From NCBI GenBank assembly GCA_951406725.2, contig OX597820.1, positions 8,556,001 through 8,620,000 on the forward strand: DNA of 64,000 nucleotides. Reading direction: 5' to 3'. The notes under the pieces were generated by a model. That model did no database searches. It was not told where the DNA came from and saw only the letters and a list, made by a program, of their open reading frames with translations. The position numbers and the translations under genes were made by a program. The number at the start of each line of letters is the position of its first letter. The first letter of the stretch is position 1. Of this stretch, positions 28,330 to 41,760 are shown in pieces. The DNA is from Octopus vulgaris. Taxonomy: Eukaryota.

Positions 28330-31300
28330 AATGTATGTAAGTATGTATGTATGTATGTATGTATGTATGTGTATGTAAGTATGTATGTATGTATGTATGT
28401 ATGTATGTATGAATGTATGTGCGTATGTATGTATGAATGTATGTATGTATGTATGTATGAATGTATGTATGTATGTATGTATATATGTATATATGTATGT
28501 GTATGCATGTATGTATGTATGTATGTATGTATGTATGTTTGTATGTATGTATATATGTATGTATGCATGAATGTATGTATGTATGTATGTATGTATATAT
28601 ATATGTATGTATGTGTGTATGCATGTATGTATGTATGTGTGTGTGTATGTTTGTATGTATGTATGAATGAATGTATGTATGAATGTATGTATGTATGTAT
28701 GTATGTATGAATGAATGTATGTATGTATGTATGTATGTATGTATGTATGTATGAATGTATGTATGTATGAATGAATGTATGTATGTGTGTATGTATGTAT
28801 GTATGTATGTTTGTATGTATGTATGTATGTATGTATGTATGTATGAATGTATGTATGTATGAATGAATGTATGAACGTATGTATGTATGTATGTATGTAT
28901 GTATGAATGTATGTATGTATGAATGAATGTATGTATGTAATTATGTATGTATGTATGTATGTATTAATGTATGTATGTATGTATGAATGTATGTATGTAT
29001 GTATGTATGTATGTATGTATGTATGTATGTATGTATGTATGTATGTATGTATGAATGAATGTATGTATGTATGTATGAATGGATGTATGTATGTATATAT
29101 GAATAAATGTATGAATGAATGTATGTATGTATGTATGTATGTATGTATGTATGTATGTATGTATGTATGTATGTATGTATGTATGAATGAATGTATGTAT
29201 GTATGTATGAATGAATGTATGTATGTATGTATGTATGTATGTATGTATGTATGAATGAATGTATGTATGTATGTATGAATGGATGTATGTATGTATGTAT
29301 GAATGAATGTATGTATGTATGTATGTATGTATGTATGTATGTATGAATGTATGTATGTATGTATGAATGTATGTATGTATGTATGAATGAATGTATGTAT
29401 GTATGAATGTATGTATGTATGTATGTATGAATGTATGTATGTATGTATGAATGAATGTATGTATGTATGTATGAATGTATGTATGTATGAATGAATGTAT
29501 GTATGTATGTATGAATGTATGTATGTATGTATGAATGTATGTATGTATGTATGAATGTATGTATGTATGTATGTATGTATGAATGAATGTATGTATGTAT
29601 GAATGAATGTATGTATGTATGTATGAATGTATGTATGTATGTATGAATGTATGTATGTATGTATGTATGTATGAATGTATGTATGTATGTATGAATGAAT
29701 GTATGTATGTATGTATGTATGTATGTATGTATGTATGTATGTATGTATGTATGTATGTATGTATGTATGTATGTATGAATGAATGTATGTATGTTTGTAT
29801 GTATGTATGAATGGATGTATGTATGTATGTATGTATGAATGTATGTATGTATGTATGTATGTATGTATGTATGAATGTATGTATGTATGAATGAATGTAT
29901 GTATGTATGAATGTATGTATGTATGTATGAATGAATGTATGTATGTATGTATGAATGAATGTATGTATGTATGTATGTATGTATGTATGTATGTATGTAT
30001 GTATGTATGAATGAATGTATGTATGTATGTATGAATGGATGTATGTATGTATGTATGTATGAATGAATGTATGTATGTATGTATGTATGTATATATGTAT
30101 GTTCGAATGTATGTATGTATGTATGTATGTATGTATGAATGAATGTATGTATGTATGTATGAATGGATGTATGTATGTATGTATGTATGTATGAATGTAT
30201 GTATGTATGTATGAATGAATGTATGTATGTATGTATGAATGAATGTATGTATGTATGTATGTATGTATGTATGTATGTATGTATGTATGTATGTATGTAT
30301 GAATGAATGAATGTATGTATGTATGTATGTATGAATGTATGTATGTATGTATGAATGAATGTATGTGTGAATGTATGTATGTATGTATGAATGAATGTAT
30401 GTATGTATGTATGAATGTATGTATGTATGTATGTATGTATGTATGTATGTATGAATGTATGTATGTGTGAATGTATGTATGTATGTATGAATGAATGTAT
30501 GTATGTATGTATGTATGTATGTATGTATGTATGTATGTATGTATGTATGTATGTATGTATGTATGAATGTATGTATGTGTGAATGTATGTATGTATGTAT
30601 GAATGAATGTATGTATGAATGAATGTATGTATGAATGAATGTATGTATGAATGAATGTATGTATGTATGTATGTATGTATGAATGAATGTATGTATGAAT
30701 GAATGTATGTATGTATGTATGTATGTATGTATGTATGTATGTATGTATGAATGAATGTATGTATGTATGTATGTATGTATGAATGAATGTATGTATGTAT
30801 GAATGAATGTATGTATGAATGAATGTATGTATGTATGTATGTGTATGTATGTATGAATGAATGTATGTATGTATGTATGTATGAATGTATGTATGTATGT
30901 ATGTATGTATGTATGTATGTATGTATGTATGTATGTATGTATGTATGTATGAATGAATGTATGTATGTATGTATGTATGTGTGAATGTATGTATGTATGT
31001 ATGTATGTATGAATGAATGTATGTATGTATGTATGTATGTATGTATGAATGTATGTATGTGTGAATGTATGTATGTATGTATGAATGAATGTATGTATGT
31101 ATGTATGTATGTATGTATGTATGTATGTATGTATGAATGAATGTATGTATGAATGAATGTATGTATGAATGAATGTATGTATGTATGTATGTATGTATGA
31201 ATGAATGTATGTATGAATGAATGTATGTATGAATGAATGTATGTATGTATGTATGTATGTATGTATGTATGTATGTATGTATGTATGTATGAATGAATGT

Positions 31301-31933
31301 ATATATGTATGTATGTATGTATGTATGAATGTATGTATGTATGTATGTATGTATGAATGTATGTATGTATGTATGTATGTATGTATGAATGAATGTATGT
31401 ATGTATGTATGTATGTATGAATGAATGTATGTATGTATGTATGTATGTATGTATGTATGTATGTATGTATGTATGAATGAATGTATGTATGAATGAATGT
31501 ATGTATGTATGTATGTATGTATGTATGTATGTATGTATGTATGTATGTATGTATGTATGTATGTATGAATGTATGTATGAATGAATGTATGTATGAATGA
31601 ATGTATGTATGTATGTATGTATGTATGTATGTATGTGTATGTATGAATGAATGTATGTATGAATGAATGTATGTATGTATGTATGTATGTATGTATGTAT
31701 GTATGAATGTATGTATGTATGTATGAATGAATGTATGTATGTATGTATGTATGTATGTATGAATGAATGTATGTATGAATGAATGTATGTATGAATGAAT
31801 GTATGTATGAATGTATGAATGAATGTATGTATGTAGGTATGTATGAATGAATGTATGTATGAATGAATGTATGTATGAATGAATGTATGTATGTATGTAT
31901 GAATGAATGTATGTATGTATGTATGTACGTATG
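28330..31933 (+). repeat. ~3.6-kb (TATG)n array with AATG variants
   Basis: Direct reading; explains the 1000-1200 aa HTYI pseudo-ORFs. Confidence 0.97.
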
Positions 31934-32127
31934 AAAAGGCATGTCAAAAGACATCCTACCGTGGTACCTGTTACCTCCGCCAGTCAGCACTGCTGTGCAT
32001 TATTCAAGAGAAGGAATAAATCTTTGACCGGGCTCAAGAGTCAAACAAGGGCCTCACATTGCATCATCAATGACCCATTTCAATGATTCTTTCTAGCAAA
32101 AGCAGTTACTATATATGGATGGATAGA

Positions 32128-32348
32128 GCGCCGAGCTGGCAGAAACGTTAGCACGCCGGGCGGAATGCTTAGCGGTATTTCGTCTGTCTGAGTTCAAATT
32201 CCGGCGAGGTCGACTTTGCCTTTCATCCTATCGGGGTCGATAAATAAAGTACCAGTTTCGCACTGGGGTCGATGTAATCGACTTAATCCGTTTGTCTGTC
32301 CTTGTTTGTCCCCTCTATGTTTAGCCCCTTGTGGGCAATAAAGAAATA
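32128..32348 (+). mobile_element. SINE-A copy with TSD-like ATATATGGATGGAT flanks
   Basis: Homology to other copies; flanking duplication at ~32111 and ~32350. Confidence 0.85.
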
Positions 32349-32742
32349 TATATATGGATGGATGGATAAATGGATGGATGTGTGCTTACGTTTAAACGTA
32401 TGTACTTATATGTAATTATAGATGTATACAGTCTCATAAGGGGATTATGAATGAAGAGGCAACGTTGCTAAAACAATAACAACAACAACAAAACAACCAT
32501 TGACATCTTGTAGATATCCGGTTCATACACTCTTAAATTCGTCGTAGTAAGAAGTCCTCACAGGACAATCCTCTTTTCTCAAATATCCTCTCAATTGGTT
32601 CCACTTCCTACAACGGAAAACAGGATGTCATCGGATTAACTAATCGCCTTCCGTCTTATCATTGTTGTCATCCGAATACAAAGAACCCCCCCCCCCCAAA
32701 CACACACACACACACACACACACATGCATGTTTATGACTATA

Positions 32743-32958
32743 CTCTTTACTCTTTTTTACTCTTTTACTTGTTTCAGTCATTTGACTGCGGCCATGCTGG
32801 AGCACCGCCTTTAGTCGAGAAAATCGACCCCGGGACTTATTCTTTGTAAGCCCAGTACTTATTCTATCGGTCTCTTTTGCCGAACCGCTAAGTGACGGGG
32901 ACGTAAACACACCAGCATCGGTTGTCAAGCAAAGCTAGGGGGGCAAAGACAGACACAG

Positions 32959-32991
<33 letters not shown>

Positions 32992-33163
32992 CATATATAC
33001 GACAGGCTTCTTTCAGTTTCCGTCTACCAAATCCACTCACAAGGCATTGGTCGGCCCGGGGCTATAGCAGAAGACACTTGCCCAAGATGCCACGCAGTGG
33101 GACTGAACCCAGAACCATGTGGTTGGTAAGCAAGCTACTTACCACACAGCCACTCCTGCGCCT
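32743..33163 (-). mobile_element. SINE-B full-length copy with (AAAAGAGT)n-type tail
   Basis: tRNA-like head AGGCGCAGGAGTGGCTGTGTGG...GGGTTCAGTCCC; repeated TACTCTTT on plus strand marks the tail. Confidence 0.88.
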
Positions 33164-33288
33164 ATATATAAAAAAAATTTAAATGAGGTTGAGAAATTAG
33201 ATATTAATTTAACATCGGTTTCACACCAGTGGTCTAGCATATAAAAAAACTGAAGGTTCAGTAAAATTGTATTATATTTATATTAGAA

Positions 33289-33469
33289 GGAAACCACTAT
33301 GTGGACACCCTTATGCTAGAAATAGATCCGCTACGGTCTTTTTTTTTTTTTTTTTGTCTTGCTCGATTACGTTTTGGTTGTTTTGCTAAATTTTTCTTGA
33401 GAACATTTCTTAGTGGTGAGATCGTAGCGGATCTATTTCTAGCATATGGGTGTCCATATAGTGGTTCCC
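33289..33469. repeat. Short foldback/MITE-like hairpin with ~48-bp arms
   Basis: AACCACTATGTGGACACCCTTATGCTAGAAATAGATCCGCTACG pairs with CGTAGCGGATCTATTTCTAGCATATGGGTGTCCATATAGTGGTT. Confidence 0.85.
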
Positions 33470-33473
33470 TCTG

Positions 33474-33522
<49 letters not shown>

Positions 33523-33560
33523 GTGTGTGTCTGTCTATTTATGTGTGTGTGAGTTTGTAT

Positions 33561-33596
<36 letters not shown>

Positions 33597-33894
33597 ATAT
33601 ATACACACAGAGAGAATGAGCGAGAGAGAATCACGAAGCAGAGCTATAAATAATAGGATGTAAATACTAGGTTGAAAAACGCTTTTTCATAGAAAAGTCG
33701 AGGGCCGTTTTCGATTTCTCTCAATGGCTGACGGATTGACGCCGCTGATCGAAGGGAAACAACTCATATCTCCCTTCCTTCGAAGCTTTTTAACACACTA
33801 CGCACTAATTTTGGTATCTTTCTTTCGTGGTCTGTTGCCCCTTAAACGAATTAATTTGCATACTTCGAAATCTATATAAAATCCTTTGACGGGT

Positions 33895-34001
<107 letters not shown>

Positions 34002-34491
34002 GTGTGTGTGTGAGTGTGTATGTATGTATTTATGTATATATAATTATAACAATAATTTACAAATATTGTTGTCTGTGGAGACATATTTTTGTAGAAAAAG
34101 GAAATAGTAGTCTTTTGGCTGCTATTTCTAAAATTTTCGGTATGTGGTCAAGCAACTTGTTGCTAAACCCTTATTGTTATAATTATATATAATAAAAAAA
34201 AAAGTTTTTGTATAAGTTTTTACCGAAAAAATTCTAGGTGAAATTTGTTGATTTTATTAAATTAATTATCTTTCACCCTATATCTGTAAAATATATATAT
34301 ATAAAGAAGTAAATATATGGCACAACGAAGTACCGATATTTACTGGAAATAGCGAACGTAATAATACGACGCTAATGTATAGCTTCACTGCGTATGTACT
34401 AGCAAAAATGCGTGTGTGCAACAAACTAGAAAAAATTGTCTTACCTCCAGGGAGAACATCTGAAAGATGAAATACCTAGAAGAGGATAATG

Positions 34492-34563
34492 TGGGACCGG
34501 CGCCGGTTTCAGATTTTTCAAGATATGTCTGCACCCATAAACTTGATCTATCTTCATCAGCCA
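34492..34563 (-). ncRNA. Type I hammerhead ribozyme motif between 56-bp direct repeats
   Basis: Minus strand TGG-CTGATGA-AGAT..TCAAG...CTTGA..ATCT-GAAA-CCGGCGCCGG-TC-CCA: intact core, palindromic stem III ACCGGCGCCGGT, GUC cleavage triplet, stem I TGG/CCA. Confidence 0.78.
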
Positions 34564-35364
34564 AACATATACCACGACAACATTTCAGATGTTACCACAT
34601 TAATGCCAATACACTCGACTGAAACGCCGAAACGCTAACAGCACGAGAACGGTGAAGAAGTTTCAATAAATTAGTAATGCAATACTAGAGTATTGCTTTC
34701 CTGTAAAGAATAGCCCGTGAGGGAAAAATATACAAAGAAGTAAATATATGGCACAACGAAGTACCAATATTTACTGGAAATAACGAACGATATGTAAATG
34801 TAAAAAAATGCAAACTGGGACAAGAACGTGAAACATTTAGAAGACGATACAAAAAACACGGACGGGACATTCGAAGCCTTCAATCTTCAGTCAAGAACCG
34901 GATCATCTTCGCAATTTCGGCTGATTAATCTTGAGATTGCTCCGATCTGGCCAGCCCCAAAGGAATATCTAAGCCAAGCGCATTAGATTCCTTGGAAGAA
35001 AGCCTCGAATGTATACAAAACAAGGACGGAAAAATGGACGATGTTACGCGAATAAGAATACAAAAAATACGTAAAAACAATAATGATAGCACAAATAAGA
35101 ACACAAAAATACGTAAAAACAATAATGATAATGATAATAACAACAAAAACAGGACGTCACAGACAAGCGTCTTTTCGACAGGACGAGTAAATTTTTGAGC
35201 TGGCGTTAGAAGAAAGCCTTAGGGCTACAGAGAGACAAAAAGGTGTGTCTTGCCGCAACGGCTGCTGGACACGAAGAGGTTAGCAATCGAGGGTCTTCTT
35301 CAAACCGGCATACATCCCACGGGTGTCGCCACTGTCAGCAGCTGACTTGATACTGTGACAGATT

Positions 35365-35655
35365 TCCTGCCAATACCTATTTGCACAGCGTCTGGCAGTC
35401 AGTTTGGGTTTTATTTCTTGCCTTTCTGAGTTCTTCGAGTGACTTTGTAGAAGAATCACTCTTGTATTACATCAGAGCTGCACGCTTTGCTTCGATAACT
35501 GTTTCCAGCTCTGAGAGCCCAGCACTGAACAAAATCTGGGTTTTGCCTTTCTCTCATGCCGAAAGTATCTATTGATGTGGTATACAAAGCTTCCCTGATA
35601 TAATTCCACCTACTTTCAGCAGAGGAGGTTGGGCAGCTACTGAGGGCAACCTTGA
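35365..35655 (-). mobile_element. RTE LINE internal fragment (endonuclease-RT linker)
   Basis: SAESRWNYIREALYTTSIDTFG.RERQNPDF resembles the RTE W...FG.....DWF linker. Confidence 0.65.
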
Positions 35656-35929
35656 TGCAGGGCGGGTTCGGGGGGAGATAGCAGATGCACGGTCCACGGA
35701 ACTTGCCCTTCAAGGGCGGTGTGGATAGTGGTGAGGGGATATCTATTTAGGATGAAGTGGTGAGCCAAGAGTTGAGACTGAGTCTCAAAGTCATGGTCGT
35801 CACTAAGCTAAGCTAAGATAAGCTAAGCTAAGCTAAGCTCCCTGTAATAGTGGAAGCAATGCCGTAGCGCTCACTGTGGGGCTGGTAGCTGTGGACAGTG
35901 AGCCCAACGGTGCCCAGAGCTTTGCCCAT

Positions 35930-36045
35930 GACACTCCATGGACCCTAAGTAAGGCATGTGTAAAATTTAAATGAAATCGGTTGTGTAGTTCTCAAGTTTT
36001 AGGGTTTCACGCAGACAGACAGACTCACATTCTCAGTTTTATATA
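35930..36045 (-). mobile_element. Helitron 5'-end fragment homologous to 8568-8685
   Basis: taagtaaggcatgtgtaaaattt...gttgtgtagttctcaagttttaggg...cattctcagttttatata shared with the first Helitron. Confidence 0.75.
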
Positions 36046-36127
36046 AATAAAACAAGTAAAGGAATAATTGTTTGGACCTTGGGTGTACGGTTAGTAGCAC
36101 GCATACAGAAACGTAGATACATGTATG

Positions 36128-36242
<115 letters not shown>

Positions 36243-37109
36243 CATACATACATACATACATACATACATACATACATACATAAATGGCTACATTCATACG
36301 TACGTACGTACGTACGTAAGTACATGCATGTATACATACATACATACACACATACATACAAGCACATATATAAATACATGCGTACGTACATACATACACA
36401 CTTGCACACAAGCATATGTCCATACATACATACATATAAATACACACAAACTCGCGCGCGCACTGCCACTTTCTTCCGAATCTTTCTGTTCAAAGTTCAA
36501 ATAACGCGGGAGTCAATTTCGTTTTTCATTCTTTCGAGGTCGACCAAATAAAGGATCGGTCGGCCATTGTTGTCGATGGTGTCGGTGAATCCACTCGCCT
36601 CAAATTTGCCTGAATCTAAATCAGAACCATTCAAAATATTATTACATCATATTGGCATTTGTTATTTGTTTTGTTTCAACCGACGTCTGAAGTGGGAATC
36701 CATGGTTGATAGGACAGGAAAGTTTGCAGAAGATTGTCTTCTGGTTTCGTATTTCTGTTTCGTGTCCTTAAAGAACTGCTGAAAAGAATGACTCCATGGA
36801 CGCTGCCTGTAATGGATTTATTGCCGAAAGCAAAACGGACAGCTTTTATGTATTCGTCCACTCTGCTGCCTCTTTAATGCTGAGATTGGCAACAGAGAGA
36901 TGTCATCAGAAATAAAATTTACTTTTGATTGTTGTTAGTCTGTCATAATCGACGCCGTTCTTCTCCCCAGCTCAGTCGACTAAAGACGACAAAACTATAG
37001 CTGTATAATCGTGTGGAGTGTATCCTGAAGAATAATCAGTCGTAGAGAACTGTTGATTAATGAGTAAAGATAGGCAAGGCAATATACTGTGATTTATTGA
37101 TAAGGAAAC

Positions 37110-37275
37110 GGATCTTTTCATTTTGAAGGCCAGATTTTCCTAGTTAACTAAACAATTTGAAACTTCGTATACTGGTAGAATGTGTCAAAAGAAAACATAA
37201 TTGTAAACCAAAATGAAAACGGAATTGTAATTTCTAAGTTTAACGTTGTTTAATAATTCGAATTTTAACCAATGG
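37110..37275 (-). mobile_element. Degenerate partial copy of the TIR element at 60789-61265
   Basis: ggatcttttc...aaacttcgtatactggtagaatgtgt is the reverse complement of 61182-61265. Confidence 0.65.
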
Positions 37276-37489
37276 TATTCTTTCTTTCGACTTCATATCA
37301 TTTACTGCCTCTCAAAATATTGTTACTGTGACGTAAACATGCAACATGGCTGTACGGTAATATTCTAGCGCCATATTTTAAAGAATATATTGAAGAACCT
37401 GGTAAGTTTCCTTCAGTGGCAAATGTTTCCTCAAATTTACAAGTAAATGTTTTCCAATATTTCTGGAATGCAAGGCGGTGAACTGGCAA

Positions 37490-37690
37490 AAAGGATTGGC
37501 CCGCTAGGCAACACGCTTGGCGGCATTTCTTTCGTCCTTACGCTCTGAGTTCAAATTCCGCCGAGGTCGACTTTGCCTTTCATTCTTTTGGGATCGATAA
37601 AATAAGTACCATTTGAGCACTGGGGGCCGGTGTAATCAACTTAACCGTCTCCCATGAAATTGTTGGCTTTGAGCCAAAATTTGAAACCAA
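37490..37690 (+). mobile_element. Older SINE-A-related copy
   Basis: ctgagttcaaattccgccgaggtcgactttgcctttcat core. Confidence 0.7.
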
Positions 37691-37851
37691 TAATTCTGAG
37701 ATATGCTTTATTCTGAGCAGGAAACACATCCTGTCTTGGTTGAATTTTAAAGTGATAGCAATGACTGATGAGAGGAAACAATAAATCACGTTCTGAAGAC
37801 ATCTGCTTTCTGTCTACATGAAGTCTTTCAGTACACGGTTATCATTTCAAG

Positions 37852-38285
37852 AGTTGTTGGCATCCTTTTTGTCTCGGGAGACAATGGAGTTGCGCATAAA
37901 ATAGTCTAGTACGGCTTTTACATTTCATGTCCTGATACATTTCCTGCTGTGGATGTGTAGTCCTATCCTGGACAAACACTCCCTCTGGCAGGTACTGCAA
38001 ATGTAGCGAAGACTGTTCCTGGCTGGTTGTAATGCCATAGTCTCTTGTTGACGTCTCTTCCTTTCTTTCCATTTCTCCTCTCTCTCTCTGTCACTCCTTT
38101 GTATTCCCTCTTTTACGGTACGTCGCCATTCTCCACGGTTGCCGGCAACTGCCTCCCAACCGCTAATATTGATGTTGCAGGCCTTCATGTCCCTTTTGCA
38201 AACATCCTTGTAACGTAAGATCGGTCTACCCACAGACCTAGTACCCCTAGCAAGCTCTCCGTAGAGTATGTCCTTGGGGATTTCA
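37852..38285 (-). mobile_element. RTE-clade LINE 3' end with a single zinc finger
   Basis: IPKDILYGELARGTRSVGRPILRYKDVCKRDMK...CSTCQRECLSRIGLHIHSRKC; 3' stem GTCTC-CC-GAGAC and CAACAAC tail. Confidence 0.88.
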
Positions 38286-38650
38286 AGAGTAAACACTATG
38301 GAAAACACAATGATGTTTATGAAGTTATTTTCACAATTTTGATGAGAAGGAATGTCCAGCGATAACCGGGGCGGTTCGTTGAGATAAAGGAAATGCTTGG
38401 CCTGTGAATTCGGCTTCAGTCACATGGTTGAATTGTTCTCAGAGACAATTGAAGAACCAGAAACCAAGTCATTCAGTATAATTTCTGTATTTTAAGTAAT
38501 GATTCGACTGGGAAGTAAAAATTGAGAGAAGAACAAAGGAGAGTTTGAGAGAGAAGGAAGATGATTGTTTGTGTGCAAGAAGCTTAACCAGTTTGGCCCC
38601 GTGTTGTGTCTGAGAGATGGAAGACCAAAGTCTCTTAAACGAAAACTAAA

Positions 38651-38716
<66 letters not shown>

Positions 38717-38756
38717 AAGTTATCAGTGATATTAAGTGGTAGATATAGCTTCATTG

Positions 38757-39211
38757 AAGGCGGCGAGCTGGCAGAAACGTTAGCACGCTGGGCCAAATGC
38801 TTAGCGGTATTTCGTCTGCCGCTACGTTCTGAGTTCAAATTCCGCCGAGGTCGACTTTGCCTTTCATCCTTTCGAGGTCGATAAATAAAGTACCAGTTAC
38901 GCACTGGGGTCGATATAATCGACTTAATCCGTTTGTCTGTCCTTGTTTGTCCCCTCTGTGTTTAGCTCCATGTGGGTAGTAAAGAAATAGGTATTTCGTC
39001 TGCCGTTACATTGTTACATTCTGAGTTCAAATTCCGCCGAGGTGGACTTTGCCTTTCATCCTTTCGGGGGCGATTAAATAAAGTACCAGTTGCGCACTGG
39101 GGTCGATATAATCGACTTAATCCGTTTGCCTGTCCTTGTTTGTCCCCTCTGTGTTTAGCCCCTTAATAAAGAAATAGGTAATAAAGAAAGTGGGTAATAA
39201 AGAAATAGGTA
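38757..39211 (+). mobile_element. SINE-A tandem dimer (head + two bodies) with stuttered 3' end
   Basis: Junction AAAGAAATA-GGTA-TTTCGTC at 38990. Confidence 0.9.
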
Positions 39212-39555
39212 AGTTCATTGACAATACTTTTCTTAACAAATTGTTGAAACTTAGTCCAAGAAAAGGAATAACATGTACAGAACTCCGTGATGAAGACAAA
39301 ATCTATTACTTTGCAGATAAAGAGAATTATTACTATAAGAAAAGAAAAGAAAATTATGTTTGTGGCGATTCGAACTTGTGACTGGTTTGGAGGCAGCGAA
39401 AGTAGTTGTTTAGAATAAAGTTCCTAGTTAGAAAACAGCTGTTCTTTGTTCACAGAACCTTCCTTGTTCTTTGTTGAACATTTCTTTACTACTACTACTA
39501 CTACTACTACTACTGATGATGATGATGATGATAAAAATAATAATAATACTAGTGC

Positions 39556-39589
<34 letters not shown>

Positions 39590-40222
39590 ATTACAGAAGC
39601 TAAGATTATACAAGAAAGAAATGTGCAGACCCTACAATAAGATTATTCTCGGTTCAGAATAGTGTAAAAGAGTCAAATCTGTCTTTGTTTTCTCTGCAGA
39701 CTGGCGGGAGACAGTCATGGAGACCATTGGAGTAATAACATTTGCGATATTTTAACCATCAGTTCACACATCACACTTAACAACGGTCATGCAGCTCACT
39801 TTATTACTAAAGACAATCCAACCACGGCATTCCTGTATATTTATGAACCTCTAGTGCGCTCTTCATATTTTCAAAACGGCGGCGTGTGATTTGATGGAGA
39901 TTTGGTTACTGGTTCTAACCGATTCAACAACCATGCTTTAATCAGTGGTTGAGGAGAGAGGGGCGAGGTTGGCCAGGTATACGTCTATTATTAAAGCAAC
40001 AAAGTGGATGTTCTATCGTTTCGTACCCAGTCGAAAATCTCACGACCAAACAAGGCGGCACAGTTCTCCAAGCCGTTTGCTGATACCACGGTGAAGCAGA
40101 GTTTACATAAGAGCGCACAGTCTACGTAGCTGTAAGTGGGTGCCGCAGTAAAATACTGCCAACCTAACGGCATGTATTAATACAAAAGACACAGGCCATC
40201 TCGCTGTCAGCAGATACCACAA

Positions 40223-40603
40223 GTGGAGGCGCTATGGCCCAATGGTTAGGACAGCGGACTCGCGGTCGGAGGATCGCGGTTTCGATTCCCAGACCGGGCG
40301 TTGTGTGTGTTTATTGAGCGAAAACACCTAAAGTTCCACGAGTACAACGTGGCCCCTGTTGTACTCTTTCGCTCCAACTTTCTCTCACTCTTTCTTCCTG
40401 TTTCTTGTTTCCGACTTCCTACGCAACCACTGAGCCTGGATGCGCATTCATCCATCCGTCGATGCTCTCGGTGTCGGGGGTTAACCTGCTTTCTCTTCTT
40501 CTGCGGGTCTTACGAATAGCAAAGGACCACGTTTCGGACTTTTCCTGCTACAAAGGCGCGATCTTGCTAGCTCTGGGACGAAGACCGCTTCGCTCAACAG
40601 CAA
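40223..40603 (+). mobile_element. tRNA-derived SINE family C with 15-bp TSD
   Basis: A-box TGGCCCAATGG, B-box GGTTTCGATTCC; tail CAACAGCAA; TSD CAGCAGATACCACAA at 40208-40222 and 40604-40618. Confidence 0.85.
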
Positions 40604-41020
40604 CAGCAGATACCACAATGAGGTACAATCTACCTAGCAGTAAATAAGTACCATAGAGAGGTACGCTACGCCTCTCTTATGCAAATCATCTCATCAATGA
40701 GTCAAATCACTGAGAGAAAATTTTGTCATCACTGAACAGATGAAGTAATAAACATCATAGACCAACGTAACAAACTGTCTGTGAATGATTGACCAGCTAG
40801 AAATAGCAACCAAATTCCTAACGGACTACGTGTTATTGTCTTTTTAAAACAGATGTTGAATAATGTCGAGTGTAATAAACGCACTTCAATCGACGTGGTG
40901 GTTATGGTTGGAACGGCCATCTTATTTTTGATAAATGGTTTTGCTCGGTAAAGGCCGACAGCAATAATAACAACAACAACAACCACACAATAACAACAGC
41001 GTCATGTCACCATTATAGAA

Positions 41021-41253
41021 TACCTATTTCTTTACTACCCACAAGGGGCTAAACACAGAGAGGACAAACAAGGACAGACAAACGGATTAAGTCGATTACA
41101 TCGACCCCAGTGCATAACTGGTACTTAATTTATCGACCCCGAAAGGATGAAAGGCAAAGTCGACCTCGGTGGAATTTGAACTCAGAGCATAACGGCTGAC
41201 GAAATACGGCTACGCATTTCGCCCGGCGTGCTAACGTCTCTGCCAGCTCGCCT
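41021..41253 (-). mobile_element. SINE-A copy with 7-bp TSD GAATACC
   Basis: Homology to other copies; GAATACC at 41018-41024 and 41254-41260. Confidence 0.88.
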
Positions 41254-41564
41254 GAATACCTTGTCATTATTCGAGTTCGTCTCAGCGGGTCTCCATTCAC
41301 TCTATAAAAACGTTGAGGGCCTTCACTGTGACCGGGATTGAGTCAAATTGCGGGGAAATAGAGAGGTTTTTACAAGTCAAACCAAGACGCCATGTGTACA
41401 GCAAGACCTTTAGAAGCATTTTCATGGATTATAATCCACGACTGAGACTCAGTGGGGCATGTTTGTCTCAGCATCTACACCATACTCTTTGCAAAAGAAA
41501 CGGTATATATTTTGTTTTTGGATTTGGTTTGCAAGATTCTTTATATGAGTTCGTGTATTGAAGC

Positions 41565-41760
41565 ATATTCTGTTGTGTCTGGGGAGAGTCAATTTCTTTT
41601 TGTACCTTATTATTTTAACTCAAAACTATAGAAAAGGTTGCAAGACACAACGAAAATTTTAGGACAATAAAAATAAGAAAAAAAGTGGAAATTTTACCGG
41701 TGAGTGTATTAAATAATAAGGCACAAAAAGAAAATGACTCTCCCCAGACACAACGGTATA
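41565..41760. repeat. Foldback hairpin with ~57-bp arms
   Basis: GTTGTGTCTGGGGAGAGTCAATTTCTTTTTGTACCTTATTATTT pairs with AAATAATAAGGCACAAAAAGAAAATGACTCTCCCCAGACACAAC. Confidence 0.82.

Noticed and set aside
28255-31990. 1230-aa and 1008-aa ORFs (HTYI repeats)
   Set aside because: Stop-free frames of a (CATA)n microsatellite with no protein-like complexity
34860-35015. CTGAAGA motif within an ACATTCGA...TCGAATGT-bounded repeat on the minus strand
   Set aside because: No correctly placed GAAA or cleavage triplet could be assigned
37765-37785. CTGATGAGAGGAAAC as a hammerhead
   Set aside because: No room for stem II and no stem I or III pairing
40226-40300. tRNA gene
   Set aside because: A and B boxes are present but it continues into a ~380-bp body with tail and TSD, so it is a SINE head
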